A stretch of DNA of 64,000 nt. Source: Paragordius varius (lineage: Eukaryota; Animalia; Nematomorpha). Within the stretch, counting starts at the first letter, position 1. The number at the start of each line of letters is the position of its first letter. Shown piece after piece: positions 38,701 to 52,219 of the stretch. The notes beneath the pieces were generated by a model, which searched no databases, was not told the DNA's origin, and was given only the letters and a program-made list of their open reading frames with translations. The position numbers and the translations under genes are program-made. The stretch spans positions 11,160,001-11,224,000 of the forward strand of contig OZ176052.1 in NCBI GenBank assembly GCA_964247055.1, in the 5' to 3' direction.

Positions 38701-41700
38701 TCACAGAAAAAGATCATAGCAAATGTGGTTGTGATATAAAATTCAATGATAACTCTCAAATTGGACCAAAACTGACTTCTGGTATTTTACTAAATTCCCA
38801 CATACTGTTTAATGCCACTTCCCAATTAACGGTTAAAGACTTAAATCCTGAAAAATACAATGTGAACGGTTTGAAAAAGGAATCATTTTATAACAGTTTG
38901 AGTCGAAAAACATCGACACCCTCCAACAATAAAAAGCCAGCATCGCTTTACACCTTGAAAGAATATGAAAAAGATAATGGTGATATGTATTTAGGCAATA
39001 ATACAACCTTTATTCAAAACACAGACTCATCAAATAAAAGCCGTAATTCCAAACAGAAGGTCAACAATATGGTCAAAAGATCTCAGAGTTTGGGACGATT
39101 TAAGGATAAACCTATATTTGGTATAGTCAGCATTTATGAAGAATATTGTTTTTAAATAAATTTTTTGGCAAATTAAATGGTTTTTATGATCTAATATTAA
39201 TTTTAAATATCAATTTGATGACCGATTACAGTTTAATTATAAAATTTTCCATCCGCACCCTTGATCGGGGAAATTAATACCGATTCGATTAAAAAACATT
39301 CTTTTTATATTGAGTTTTTCATAATTGTATTTTGCGTTTTGGACGACCTTGAATAATTTACGAAAATATGTAATAATTAATATAATTTTACAGATCTCTT
39401 GAAAAGGGATTCTGATCATGACATTCTGCAATTATCAATGATACGGTCATCTAATGGTCCAGGTTTTTATACACCTGTAGTATATGAGCAATCTCCAATA
39501 TTACGTCCAATCATCTTTTTGGGTAATGATAACATCATTCAAAATGTACCCAAAATATTGGTAGAACGCCTACCCCAAAAATATGTTTTATCATCTTTTG
39601 ATACAAGCCCACATCACAATTTAGATTCAGACCACTATTATTATCAAACTAAACAACATAGAGTTATGTCAATACCAACAGATAAATATAAATCAACGCA
39701 ACAAAATGTTGCTAATATTGATCAACTAAACTCAAGCGAGTCTTTAAAATGCGTAGAAAAATGGAAAAATGAGTATGATTATCACCCCATAGTAATTGAA
39801 TGTATAACCACTAAAACTAATCCTTCACCGAACAATGTAATAAATGCTGATTTAAAAAATGACAGCACTTCCCATATTTCCCAATCATCATCACAGTCTA
39901 TTACTTTAGACAGACATAATTCCCTTAAGAACGACAATATTTCGGATCCAGATTGTAAAAGTAATACAAACAGCGGTAGTATGTCCACCAGTAGTTTATT
40001 TACCCAAAATTTGGATAAAATAAATACAACACTCAAGAATACACTTAACATTGGAACCATGTATCGAAGAAAAAATACTAACTCTGCAAGCAAAAAAGTG
40101 TCCGACTCTACGATTACTAAACGACCATTACTTAGAAATGTTTTCTTTTCCAATGAAACACCAACCCTCACAAGCAATAACGCCCCAAAATCTAATAATC
40201 CTAATCAGTTTTCCAAATCGTTTGATTGGTTACAACTATTAACAGGTTTATTTCAATAAAATGTAAACGAACAAAAAATTTTAAATATTTATAAAATATA
40301 ATAATTCTTTATATCAAATTTTTGTGCCCTATATCTTTGAGCTCTTTATATCACCGTTTTTAACGAATTATCAAATTTAGTTTGATAAGGTCTGGGATAT
40401 ATATTGTTAGAATTTTTTATTTGATTATATTGGATTTCGCAGAAATGGCCATCATTCTTGATAATTGGATTATTTTTAACGAATCCTTTAACATTATTTT
40501 GTAAATTAAAATTTTTCGTATAAAGCGTAAGGGATATAATCCAAATTAGTAGGACTGTTAATGCAAGCCTTATTTTTAAAAATTTAATTTATGCTAGTTT
40601 TGATCATTATTTACTAAATCTATGAAATATATGTTAAAGTAATTTCATTACTTTTATTTTTTACCACAGGTATTTTCCACATTCGAAATGAATGCGATTG
40701 GGTTCATCAATTGGATATGTTTGTGGATCATTTGCAATCACGTCCCATTTGGATGTCCGCTCAAAATAAAAATTGGTTTATGGAAGATTTATATAAGAAA
40801 CAATTAAAGTTTGTCTTTTTTTCATGTTATTTTTCTTCAAACCAATCAAAGGAATATATGGATTTAGGAGTAAAATTGTATTTGTATTACACGGCTCTTT
40901 GCTAGGCAAAATTTTTTTCCCCATTCATATAAGCGTTTTAAATTTCGAAATTCATTAATTTATTTAAATATCTCCTAAAATTAATACAACAATGTTTTTA
41001 AATATAATATTTTATGATGATATAGCGAAAATTAATGTATTCTTCTAGCTTTTATTAAAAGTCAAAATTTTTGTTTTTTCAACCATATATGCATATATAG
41101 AAAATTTTATTTTAGCGTCCAACTTGCAAATCAAACGCCTATCACTTTCTCTTCAAATATCAATGCAAAAAACCAAATCGATTTGAACGTGTCAAAAGAA
41201 ATTAAGGACATAGGCTCACCCAAAACATTGAATCAATCATCCCCTGATAATATAATAAAGATTTCAATAAATGATAAGAATAATTTAGACATGCCTGATA
41301 AGTTAATGGTAAATTTGGATTTTATTATGGTTTTTGAAATATATCTAACTACTAAATGTCTATTTTTAACAAGATGTTCAACTGTAAAATCGTATTCTAT
41401 TTACCATCACATTTAATTTTTCCCATAAATACTATATATATAGGAAAACCAAACTTTGAAAAGGGTTCACAAAATATACAGCAATAACTCATCCTTAACA
41501 AACTCCACCATAATATGTGATTCTAATTTATTATCAAAAACTTTTACTCAAAAGGAATCCCCTTTGCACTCAGAGATTAGATCTTCTATCGCCTCATATA
41601 AATTTGATAGTTCGTTAGTGTCTCAACCATTATCAAATTGCTACGCTTTGGAAAAGCATGGTTATACTTTTAAACTTAACTAAGGTTAAGGTTAATAAAA

Positions 41701-43081
41701 TGTTTATTAATTTTACGTGTAAATAGTGGATTCACTTATGGAAATGCTAGTAATTATAATAATTTGATATGATTATTGCAATAGACTTTTTATCTTTTTT
41801 ATTATTAGATTTAATAAACCATACAATAGAAGCAACGGAATCAGTTATGAAAAATCGAATAATATCAGATGAGTATGTGTTACATATAATATAAATTTTA
41901 CATTTTATAATTTTTAATTATTTGTAAACCTAGTGAAATGATTATATACAGTATTGTATTTTAACTTTTTTAAATTTTTATTTGGTATAGTTTTGTAATT
42001 ATTTTTCTTTTTTGGAGATTTTTATTCAAAAATTTATTTGTTACATCTATCATAATCCAGGTATTATATGGCTCAATTTATTTGTTAAGATTTTTATGAA
42101 CAAGCACTGTTGGTTTTATTGTTTCATTTGTTTTTGGCATAATACAGGAAAACCATATACATTTAATAAAATGTTAATTAAGAATGTTATTTATTAATAT
42201 AAAATTGTGATGGATTCGTAATACTATCGAGCATAAAACTCAAATAATAAAAAAATATATCAAAAAGTTAAATATATATATTTATAAAAGAAGGAAATTC
42301 GATTAGTATATTAAGACAAAAAATATTCTTCAAACTTGAAAAAAAGAATTGTATTATCAAATATCAGGGCAAACATTTTATGGTTAGCTATTAGTTAAAA
42401 ATAACTTTTATTCATTTTTTCATTTGTAGAAAAGAAAATCACCCGGGTCTAGTAGACAATACCGTGGGTGTAGCAATAACTAAATCAAAGCACCGACGGG
42501 TACCACCCCCCTTACCACCTAAACCCAAAAGAATTTCATCTCTGCTCTCCACTAATTTGTATGCCAATTCGCCCTTAACCGCATCATCAAGTGTTATTCT
42601 AGCTGAAAATTTGAATTCCCCTAGAAATATTTCAAATTATACAACAACAACCTCTTTACCAAATACACCCATGAAAACATGTATTACTCAATCACCACTT
42701 AAAGTAAAATCGGAAAAGAATTACAATGGATTATTAACGAACGGATTGGTTGAAAAGTGCAATGGAATTGAAAATCATTTTGCTGAAAATATTGAGAAAA
42801 ATATTGAAAGAAAGAGTCTATCCGGATCTATTAGACAACCCAAGCTTGGTATATCGGCCTTACATTGTGATTCCATTTTCACAAACACCACCAACAATGG
42901 CAATAAATGTTTAGAAAAAAATGTTGGTATTAATATACAGAAGATAATTAGTAATGGACATATAGTATATAATAATAAAGATAATTTAGCATTTCCTGTA
43001 TTTCACGATGAAAAATGTTTTGGTCCAAAACTGCATAAAACAAATATAAAAACGTCACCCCTTAAAAATGTATGCCAATAG
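35706..43081 (+). CDS. TJP1: ZO-1/TJP1-type MAGUK scaffold (PDZ1-PDZ2-PDZ3-SH3-GUK plus low-complexity tail); 3' end uncertain
   Basis: PDZ1 VTIIKNPVYGFGIAIS..ISDVVREGP..NDCIIAVNNVS; PDZ2 GDCIYK|INNSSTENL; PDZ3 LGLHLKGGNKSGLFIANIEPGS; SH3 GDEFYVR..GDILCISDTVYAGQIGLWYA; GUK LRPIIFLG and LQSRPIWMS; PPPLPPKP in the tail. Confidence 0.85.
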
Positions 43082-43659
43082 TTGGCCATTACATCAAAAC
43101 GATTACGCGTTTTACTTACCTACATTTTTGAATTTTCATATATGTTCAAAGAATCTCATTTTATATAATATAAAAACTTTATTATTATTATTATGAGAAT
43201 ATTAAATTAGTTAAAGTTGGAGATCAATAAATATTTTATATTCAATATAATTTTATAAGATTTTGGCCTTATTTATTTGACTAATTTTGTTATATACATA
43301 GTCTTTAACGCATAAATTAAATTATATGATCAATTTTAAGCGAAAAAATATTTACAACTGGGTATTTCAAACTGAGTTTTACAAAAAATAATGCCTAAAA
43401 ACTGAGTCCATAATGATCATGCGATTTGTTATATCTTAAAATGCATCAAAAAAATAAAAATATTGGGATTAATCATTTTTACATATATATTACTGATAAA
43501 AATAAATCGAAATTTAGTTAAATAATTTTATTTTAATTTTTTTAAAAAAAGGGTTGTGAATCGATCTGAGGTCATGTATTTTCCCCACAATTGAGGTCAA
43601 TAATAGGGGTTCTACTGTATATCATTGGAAAGGTATAAACTAATAATATATGTTAAATA

Positions 43660-43936
43660 CAGTAAAAATTGAAATTATCAAAACGTAAAAAATAAAGGCA
43701 AATATTTTTTCTAAAGACAACCAACCGTGCTTTTTAAATCTTGAATTTAAATTTAACTCATTGTTTTTTAGTTCCAAAGTATAAAATAGAGATCTATATT
43801 CGTAACATAATCATTCTATTTTTTATGCTTGTTATTAGGTATTTTACTAGGATTATTTTAGGTTCGAAAAACTATGGTTGTGACAAAAATATTTATTATA
43901 TTTTTACGTTTTGTCCGTATAATTCAATTTTTACTG
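43660..43936. mobile_element. 277-bp Tc1/pogo-type MITE
   Basis: TA at both flanks. TIR CAGTAAAAATTGAA(A)TTAT with a subterminal AAAACGTAAAAA matching at both ends. Confidence 0.75.
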
Positions 43937-44050
43937 TATTTAGTTTGGGTTGTAAGATAAAAGTTATATTTAATTGTAACTTATGCATGAATATATTATA
44001 CTTTAAATTTTTTTCTTGGTTTGACTCTTGATTTGTGCCCAATGTAAATA

Positions 44051-44600
44051 CAGGGGCGTACCGAGGGGGGGGGGGGGGGAGGGGGGGGGCGGGGGGGCAG
44101 GGGGTGCATCATGCCCCGGGCACCGTTATTTAGGGGCGCCTAAATGATTTTTTAAAAGTAAATTTTATTGCAAAATTTCAAATGAGATTTTTCAGCAATT
44201 TAGGTAATAAACCCTAAAATATATACTCTATTATTCACTTAATTAGAACCAAACCAAAATATAATTTTTATCAAAAATCTGGGAAATTATGTTCCTAAAA
44301 CTCCGTTACAATTCTTAACCTTTATTATTTCATACGGCGAAGATGTGTTTCTCAATCTAAGGGTTGCACTTCAAATACTTTTAACTATTTCAACGTCTGT
44401 CGCTAGTTGTGAAAGGTTATTCAGCATATTGAAATTAAATTTAACATGTAGGGGATCGACGATGGGTCAAGATCAATGACTTAACATTGTTGAGTGTGGA
44501 AAAAGAAAAATTTAATATGATAGATTTTAATAATATAATTGATAATTTTGCAATATCAAAAGCCAGAAAAATTTTTACATAATAGATTTTCTCTTTATGG
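44051..44600 (+). mobile_element. hAT remnant: G-rich left end plus dimerisation-domain fragment
   Basis: CAGGGGCGTACC end followed by long G runs and GGGGCGCC. NLRVALQILLTISTSVASCERLFSILKL..STMGQ at ~44350-44470 is the hAT C-terminal motif. Confidence 0.75.
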
Positions 44601-45248
44601 CCTTTTTTTCCAAGTGATTAAATCTTCATATAATTAATATTTTATTAAATAAAATGCATTATAATTCTGTCAAAATTGTATTGTAAGATTCGCCTAGATT
44701 TACAATTATTTTTTAAATCATATTGTTCGCCATTATTATAAGATCAATTCAATACATTGCAACAAAAACATTATTTTTATATATAATTTCCATATTATAG
44801 AATTTATAATATTTATGTATTGAAAAATGAATAAATTTAATATCATATAAATATATTTGAGCAAATATTCAAATTAACAAATTGTTGTGCATTTAAGATA
44901 AAAATGACTAACATACATATTTGTAAAAAAATATTTTTATACCACATCTAATTAAATTATTATCTATAATTTATCCCGAATTATAGTAATAAAAAAGCTA
45001 TTTTTTTAAATAAAACGAATATATGATCCCATAATAAATTAAAGCTAAATGTTGCATAACAATGTCAATGCTTTCAACGCCAAAATACCCAATAACCATT
45101 TAATTATAAAAATTGAATTGATATATTGTATCAATATATTAGTTTTAAGATTTTTGTAATTTACATATCATTTTATGTAAGGGTCTTAGTTTACTCATGA
45201 CAATATTAAAAATTACTCATATACAGATCTATTTATTTTATATATATT

Positions 45249-45677
45249 TCATAAAGAAACTAAATCTTTCCAAGGATCTTCAAGCATTTTTTTATTAAAA
45301 TAAATTTTATTTTTATAGTCAATGAACTCATCATCGTTTTGGGTATTGGCGTTTGTTTTTATTCTTTTATTTTGAATATTTTCTTGGTTGAATATCACAT
45401 TGTGAGTGGAGTGATTATTAAAATTTATTGGTCTTGGTAATCGATTTGTAAAATGTTGTGTAGGAATAGTATTGTGTGAAGGGACGCGGTAATGTGCATG
45501 TAATGGGAGCGAATTAGGATGCCTAAACATATCATGATGGGGATTAATAACATTATGAGGTAAAAAATGGTTATTCATATTGGGCCCTGAAGCTTGATTA
45601 TTCATAAAGTAAGGAATATGCCGAATATTTTGAGATCGTGGATTATAAGACGGTTGATAAAAATTTGACATATCCAT
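45249..45677 (-). CDS. MPLKIP: MPLKIP/TTDN1-like protein (142 aa, single exon)
   Basis: Pro/Asn/His-rich low-complexity body ending in YFNKKMLEDPWKDL, which matches the family's C-terminal signature (Y.K.SMLEDPW..L) as I recall it. Confidence 0.7.
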   Translation of the reverse strand: MDMSNFYQPSYNPRSQNIRHIPYFMNNQASGPNMNNHFLPHNVINPHHDMFRHPNSLPLHAHYRVPSHNTIPTQHFTNRLPRPINFNNHSTHNVIFNQENIQNKRIKTNANTQNDDEFIDYKNKIYFNKKMLEDPWKDLVSL

Positions 45678-45934
45678 ATGGTTTAATTTTTATTACATTC
45701 ATATACATCTGATATTAAAATTACTAAAAAAATTATATTATAGTATATGTATGTGTAAAGCATTTATAGTTACAGTAATATTGAACATCAAAATTTAAAA
45801 ATGAACATATATTATAAGTTCTAGTCCAAATTAAACTGAATCCTAAAGTTTTGGCTAATTCATATTTGATTTGACATTTTTTAATATAATTTGTGAATTC
45901 TGTCAATTACTCTTTCACAAATAATTAAAAATTT

Positions 45935-47460
45935 TATCTGACCACATTTTTGTAATAGATTTATTTTAAGAAAGCTAAATTCTTCATTAATCACTATAAT
46001 ACACCATAAACTACGCTCCGAAAGCCGAATTTGCTCTTCTAAAACGAGCTAGTTCTTTTAAAATAAATAGTTACGGGATTTCGCGATATAAGCTAAATTT
46101 CATCAAAAAAATATTTTAGGAAATATGAATACTTTTTACAAATATTTAATATTTAGCAAAATTTTGTTCAAGTATACTTCATCCATTATTTAGCGATGAA
46201 AACAATAACGTTATTAGATATCTATATAATTTAATGGTGCTGAACATTTCGCTTACCTCAAAATTTCGATTATAATATTCGCTATTTTCAAATGTATATC
46301 AAATAAAAATTGTGTTGTTATATATCAATTACCAAAATTTGAAAGTAAATGAACCTTAAAATAATACTCTCAAGCAATAAAAATTTTCAGCATCATCAAA
46401 TTACATAGAAAACATATTTTTATAATATCTAAATTTATACCGTTTTATCATCCCTAAAAATAATAGGTATTTGCTAAAAATTGAATTTTTATAAAAGTCA
46501 TTTTTTAAAAATATTTTTTTATTTCAAAATTTAGCATATAATTAAAAATTTTATTATGAATTGGCATTTTTGCGTTAATTTTAAAAGAAGTAGTCCGTTT
46601 TAAAAGAGCACAAAAATTTGTTACTTCGCAAATATTTCAATATTATAAAATATAGGTTTGCTTTTTATCAGTAGTTTATGATATATTTTAGTGATATTTT
46701 TTGGAATAAAGCACTTAGCTTCTTTAAAAAAAATAAAATAAAAAATTGTGGTCAAATTCCATTTATAGCACATAAATAACATTCAATAACTCGTAAGGGC
46801 CAAAACCAAAAGTAACATTATAATCCTGATACATATTCCTATCAGAATATATAATTATAGAGTGCAAAAAATCGGGGGTCATGAATCTTGATAAAATAAA
46901 TATATTAGATAGAATGTATCAGATTCATCGTGGTGCTTTTGGTTTTGACCCTACGAGTGATGTAAGAAAGTTATTTTCACTTTTGTGCTAAGTGCTTTAT
47001 ATCAGAAAATGGCAAAATTTGACCACATTTTTGTAATAAATTTTTTTGATTAAAGCTAAATGCATTCCAAAATCAAAATATATTATAAATTACCTTTGAA
47101 AACTAAAACAATATTTTAATAATTTTTAAATTTGGCAAAAGTCCCAAATTTTTTCGCTCTTCTAAAATGGGCTAGTTCCTTAAAATATACCGAAAAAAGC
47201 CGTAATAGCATGATATATATGCTAAATTTTGATATCGACTATTAATTTTTAAAAATGCATACTTTAAACAAAAATTTATTTTAACAAAATTTTGTTATAA
47301 CCTAATTGAAACGGTATAAAGACGCTTTAGATATTATAAAATCAGTTTTCTACATAGCCTGATTATGCTAAACATTTCTATCTAAAAGTGTTATAAAAGG
47401 ACTTAGATTAATATTCTGTAGCGATAAAAATGTTCAGCATCATCAAATTATATAGAAACA
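45935..47460. repeat. Direct plus inverted repeat cluster (foldback-like)
   Basis: 45935-46420 is repeated directly at 47020-47460 (TGACCACATTTTTGTAATA, GCTCTTCTAAAA, CAGCATCATCAAATT). 46390-46843 is the reverse complement of 46908-47400, with a ~64-nt loop. Confidence 0.75.
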
Positions 47461-47514
47461 AAGAATATATTTAAAAGCGTTTTTATATCGTTTCCATTAT
47501 GCCTCAAAATAGTA

Positions 47515-48260
47515 TGCATGGTAGACCACAAAAGAAAACAATGAAGTGCAAGGGTTATTGCATGTTCAAACTCAACAGCAATTGACAGAAGCATTACATG
47601 TATCACACTATGACAGGGGAAGATTAAAAAACTCCGTAAATGGGGCACAGATATTGAAATGAACTTCAAATTGAAAATCGTAAAGCAATTAGTAAAACCC
47701 TGCTTTAAAGTCACAGAAAATCATTACATCGAATTGTGACGAGTGATGAGTAGCTTTATTTTGTAAATCCAAAATAGAATCTTAAATCTTGCTAAGCCGG
47801 TCTAAAACCAAAGCTGGGATCTGTTTCTGTTGGGACTAGAGCGGTTTTGTGTATGTTTCAAGGCGGAAACTGTTAATATACAACGCTATCGCCAAAGATT
47901 ATTTTAAACCATGCATTCATTGAAAAACAATCGGAATGAGACAAAAGTGATAATTATACATGACCATGCTCCGTTAAACATAGCAAAATCATTGAAGGAC
48001 AACTTTAAATCGCTTCGATGGGAAATATCTACGCATCCGCCGAACTCTTCGGACCTGGCGCCATCTGGTTGACATATCTTCGCGTCTATGGGAGACACTA
48101 ATTTTCAGGACATCGGGAAATAATTTGGCAAATGGTTTGTCTTATAAGACACTCTTTTTCTGGCATTGCGCTCATATATTATCTGAGAGATGGGCGATTG
48201 TGTAGAATCCGATAAAAAGGTTTTTATCAAATAAATAAATGGTTCCTTTACTAAAAAACC
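47515..48260 (+). mobile_element. Second degenerate Mos1-like mariner relic
   Basis: EVQGLLHVQTQQQLTEALHVS, LHRIVTSDE, VIIIHDHAP, LRWEISTHPPNSSDLAPSG. Same family as 620-1570; stops and frameshifts present. Confidence 0.85.
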
Positions 48261-48783
48261 AGTAAAAATTTATCACTAGACCTGATGGTATATGAAAGGT
48301 AATGAGGATAATGGTGACAAAGTTCGCCCGTCTCATTTTAAATATACACATGTTTAACATTTAAATAAATCTATCCTGTTTCTAACAAACGATTTTTTCA
48401 TATCAATATCCCTGTAAAAATAGACTAAATGACAGCAGGCTGTTACATTTAAAATAAACCAAGAGTTAATTAAAATGCGATGATCACAAAAATGTTAATT
48501 ACTGCCTTTTATTATGATAGTTCCATGATTAGAAGAAAACCTAAACTTAAAAACTATGTGGATTATTTTAATTGGAAAAATGAGTGAGGCTTTCCATTTT
48601 TACTTCTGGTTAAAAAACATTTATAAATATATTTACCAAAAATACATGTTTTTATAATTAGGTTACAGTTTTAGAATGGTCAAACATCTTAATTAAACTT
48701 ACATAAATAAAAATATAAAAAATAAAATATGAGTTTTTTATATTTATTTAATTTTTATTACATATTGATTGATAATTAATAAA

Positions 48784-49462
48784 TTATGGAAATGTCTTCC
48801 ATATCATAGGACCCATATTCATATATTCGAATCTCCTCGCACCATTTTTCATCGGACTTTTAGTTTTTAAACTGGACACAAAAGTTGAATTGCATACTTT
48901 ATCCATCTTTAGCTGATGACAAATCTTGATGGGATCTACATATTGATCAATTAAAAATACTTATAATTGATTATTAACATAGAATAGCTTTAAATAATAA
49001 ATTACCTTTTGTATCGCTGGGCCATAATTCGCCGGATTCATTCAAGGAAAAGAAAAAAGTAAATTTCTTTTTGGGAGATATTTTTTGAATCGGTGATAAA
49101 TTTTCGACAGCATTCGTATTGTCTAACACACTCTCTACAGAGGATTCGGATTTTTTTGAGTTTTGCGACCAAGACATATTCACATTGAGACTATCAATAG
49201 CTGAAATTTCGACATCAGTGTTTAGGTTCAAATATAGATTGGAATCTAATAAATAAATGAATAAGTAGTAATACATAATTCATTTTAGTTTAAAAAGTAT
49301 AACAATATGAATACCAGATATTGAAAGGTGTTGATTACTTTCAGACTCTGGTTTAAAACAAGAGAATCTTGAGAAAAGTGAAATAAACCAATGATAATTG
49401 CGTTTTCCACACTCAACATTTTTTGTGTGATATTTTCTTTTCCCAAACAATTTCATAGTCAA
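48784..49462 (-). CDS. Orphan 179-aa protein, array copy 1 (3 exons)
   Basis: Exons 49462-49315 (148 nt), 49245-49006 (240 nt) and 48935-48784 (152 nt), joined by 69- and 70-nt GT-AG introns. ATG to TAA without interruption. Confidence 0.72.
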
Positions 49463-51076
49463 AAGACGAATTTTTAGTTAAATATATAGTTAGTTTTGAT
49501 AGTTGTAAATGTTAAAGAATTTTAAATGATTAACCAAAATGATTGTTGTATGATATTGGTTGTTCTATTTTATATTATATAGTTTTGACATAAAAAAATA
49601 CTCTTTAAAATTTTTTATTATTAATTGAGATTTCTTTTTATGTTAATCATAATATGTAGTTTATCATTCATAGTTACAGAATAGAGTCAATCTTGGATAA
49701 GAGGCGTTTTGACAGTGCTAATTTTATTAATTATTAAATTTAAGTTAGTTATTATGCATCCGTTTTCAAAAATTTGGTTCTTATGTAAAAAGGAAACGGT
49801 TTTGATTCGATTTTTCCGAAATGTTGACAACACAAAAAAGCCGAGTTATATTTTTAAATTGTTAAATCTCTTTTTATGCGGGAAAGATTTTGTAAAAAAG
49901 TTTCATAAATAGTCATAATTCTAAATTCAAATATTTTGTCTTGTATATTTAGCAAGCATAAAAATGGAAAATAAACTTATTATGTGTTAAAAATATTTGG
50001 GGTAAAAAGTATACCTATTATACTATACGGTAAAAGGCGCACGGGTTCAATGCTTATACCTCTCTGATTTCATTGCTAAATATAACAAAAACACCTTATG
50101 AAAATTATAAATATTATCCCATTTTAAAATAGGAGAAGGACCATTTTTAAAAAACGCACAAAAAACTGTGTATCCCTCGCTATAAAGACTCAAATTGTTT
50201 ATAAAAGATATGGTCGTAATCAGCATCCTAACCTCTCACTTAGAATTTCTAATTATTTTTCTATTATATAACCAATTTTCATGTTTAGGGTTCCTTTAAA
50301 TAATAATTGTTTAAAGTCAATTTAATTCTCCCAAAAGAATTAGGTTGTGGTTATTTTTGAGAAATTAAAAATTTATCAATTTTTTAATTAGATATTGTTC
50401 AATCGGATAGGTATCTATTTAAGTTTAAGATTACTGTTTATTAAACTTATTATGACGGGGTTAGGGTTATACTCCAATGTATTTTGGAACAGGTTTGCTA
50501 TACAGTCCACTTTAATTAGAAAAATCTTGAATTGATCTAATTTGATAACTGTTTTGAAGCCGTTTCTTAAACTAAAATCAATTTAAATAATTTACGGTGT
50601 CAGGTTTTACATTAAAAATAGGGGGGAAGAGTTGTAACCGATAAGATACAACTATTTAATAAAGAACACGTGTTAATTCTCAGAATTTTAAGAAACAGTG
50701 ATGATTGCTAAAATGATTTGTCAAGCGTTTTGTGAGTAAACCAACAACTTTATGAATCCGTTGGTTTTATATTGCACAGACCAAAATTTATATACTATTT
50801 TACAAAAAATTTGTCGTGTAATGAATTATTTATTATTAATAATTGGTTAGTTTATCTCTTTGTTTAAAAATATAATGGTTGCTAAATACTACGTTTGCTT
50901 AATTTAAATTTAGTAATCATTAATATTTTCTCAATATAATTATTTGTGGACTTTTTAATTGAGCAATCAAACTGGTAAATATAACATATTCCATTTCCAT
51001 TGCACAAAAATAAATTCCTGGAATTCTTACATAAAATTATAGTTAGTTAGATCCCCAACAAATATTATAATTTCTA

Positions 51077-51960
51077 CTAGCGTGAATCTCGTGCTACTAA
51101 GCAGCCCGAGGAAGTCCTTCGGACTTCTGGGGGGAGGGGGAGCTTTTTGAAAAAAGGGACAATAAAATGATCCACATATGTGGATTATTTCGAAACATTA
51201 TTTAATAGCTATGATCTCATAGGAATTTCAAAACGGGGCATTCATACTAATATATTTTTTACTTGGGCGAAAAATAGATTCAAAAAATTATTTCTGTCGA
51301 CTTTTTTTTTTTAAAAAATGGCATTTTACGGGCGGGTAAAGAGAGGGCCTAAATTAAAAAAGCGAGACGACTATGTTCGGCGCAATCGAAAATAACTAAA
51401 TCATATTTGAAATTGAATGATCCAACACGTTCTGATTGGCTCAAAGACACGATTTTTGTGGACTTGTTTTCAAAAAAAACCCGTTTTTACACAGGGTGGG
51501 CCCGAAACGGGGCCTAATTCAAAAAAAAGGCGAAGCTATTGTCGGGGCATTCATTAATGATTATATTTTTTCGACATTTGAATTTGAATGCGTCTACAGG
51601 TTTACCGGAAACAGATCACAAAGTCAGCATTTTCCATTTTTATAAATATATAGATAACCATAAATAATGTTTTATTTTCCAAATATTTTTTAATATCCTA
51701 TACATATGATAGATAAATAAATAATAAAACAACAAACTAATACGATTTTATGATTAAAATGAATAAAGTCTGATTGATCATTTGTGTGTCTCGTTTGAAT
51801 ATTGAGATAGACAATTTTATTTGAAATGAGCATAATATATTTTTGATTTTATAAGCAATTTTGTTATGCGGCACGAAGTTTAAAAAGGATTTACATAGTC
51901 TCATAAGTTTGAAATTTGGCTCCAAAGACATGCTGTATCGATATGATGGGGCACTGTCTT
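51077..51960 (-). mobile_element. Helitron-like 3' end fragment inserted in the array
   Basis: On the minus strand it ends in CTAG (51077-51080) at a host A|T site (empty site TTTCTA|TTCCGC in other units), with no TSD. Hairpin GAAGTCC-TTC-GGACTTC at 51111-51127. The body matches 2650-3050 and the 320-bp unit. Confidence 0.55.
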
Positions 51961-52219
51961 TTAATATAATAGTTCCATGATGAGAAAACTTTAACTTAAA
52001 AACTATGTGGATTATTTTGATTGGAAAAATGAGTGTGGCTTTTATTTGTGGTTGAAAAACAGTTATAAATATATTTACCAAAAATACAAGTTTTTATAAT
52101 TTGGTTTAAGTTTTAGAATGGTCAAACTTCTTATTTTTAAAATTTACATAAATAAAAAAAATAAAAAATGAGTTTTTTATATTTATTTTAATTTTTATTA
52201 CATATTGATAATTAATAAA

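Noticed and set aside
50455-50470. GGGGTTAGGGTTA as interstitial telomeric repeat in each array unit
   Set aside because: Only about two TTAGGG-like units; expected by chance and copied with the array.
50690-50760. C/D snoRNA from an RTGATGA box in the array spacer
   Set aside because: No matching CTGA D box or terminal stem at a suitable distance.
49470-51075. Second conserved gene in the array spacer
   Set aside because: Open stretches are broken by different frameshifting indels in each copy.
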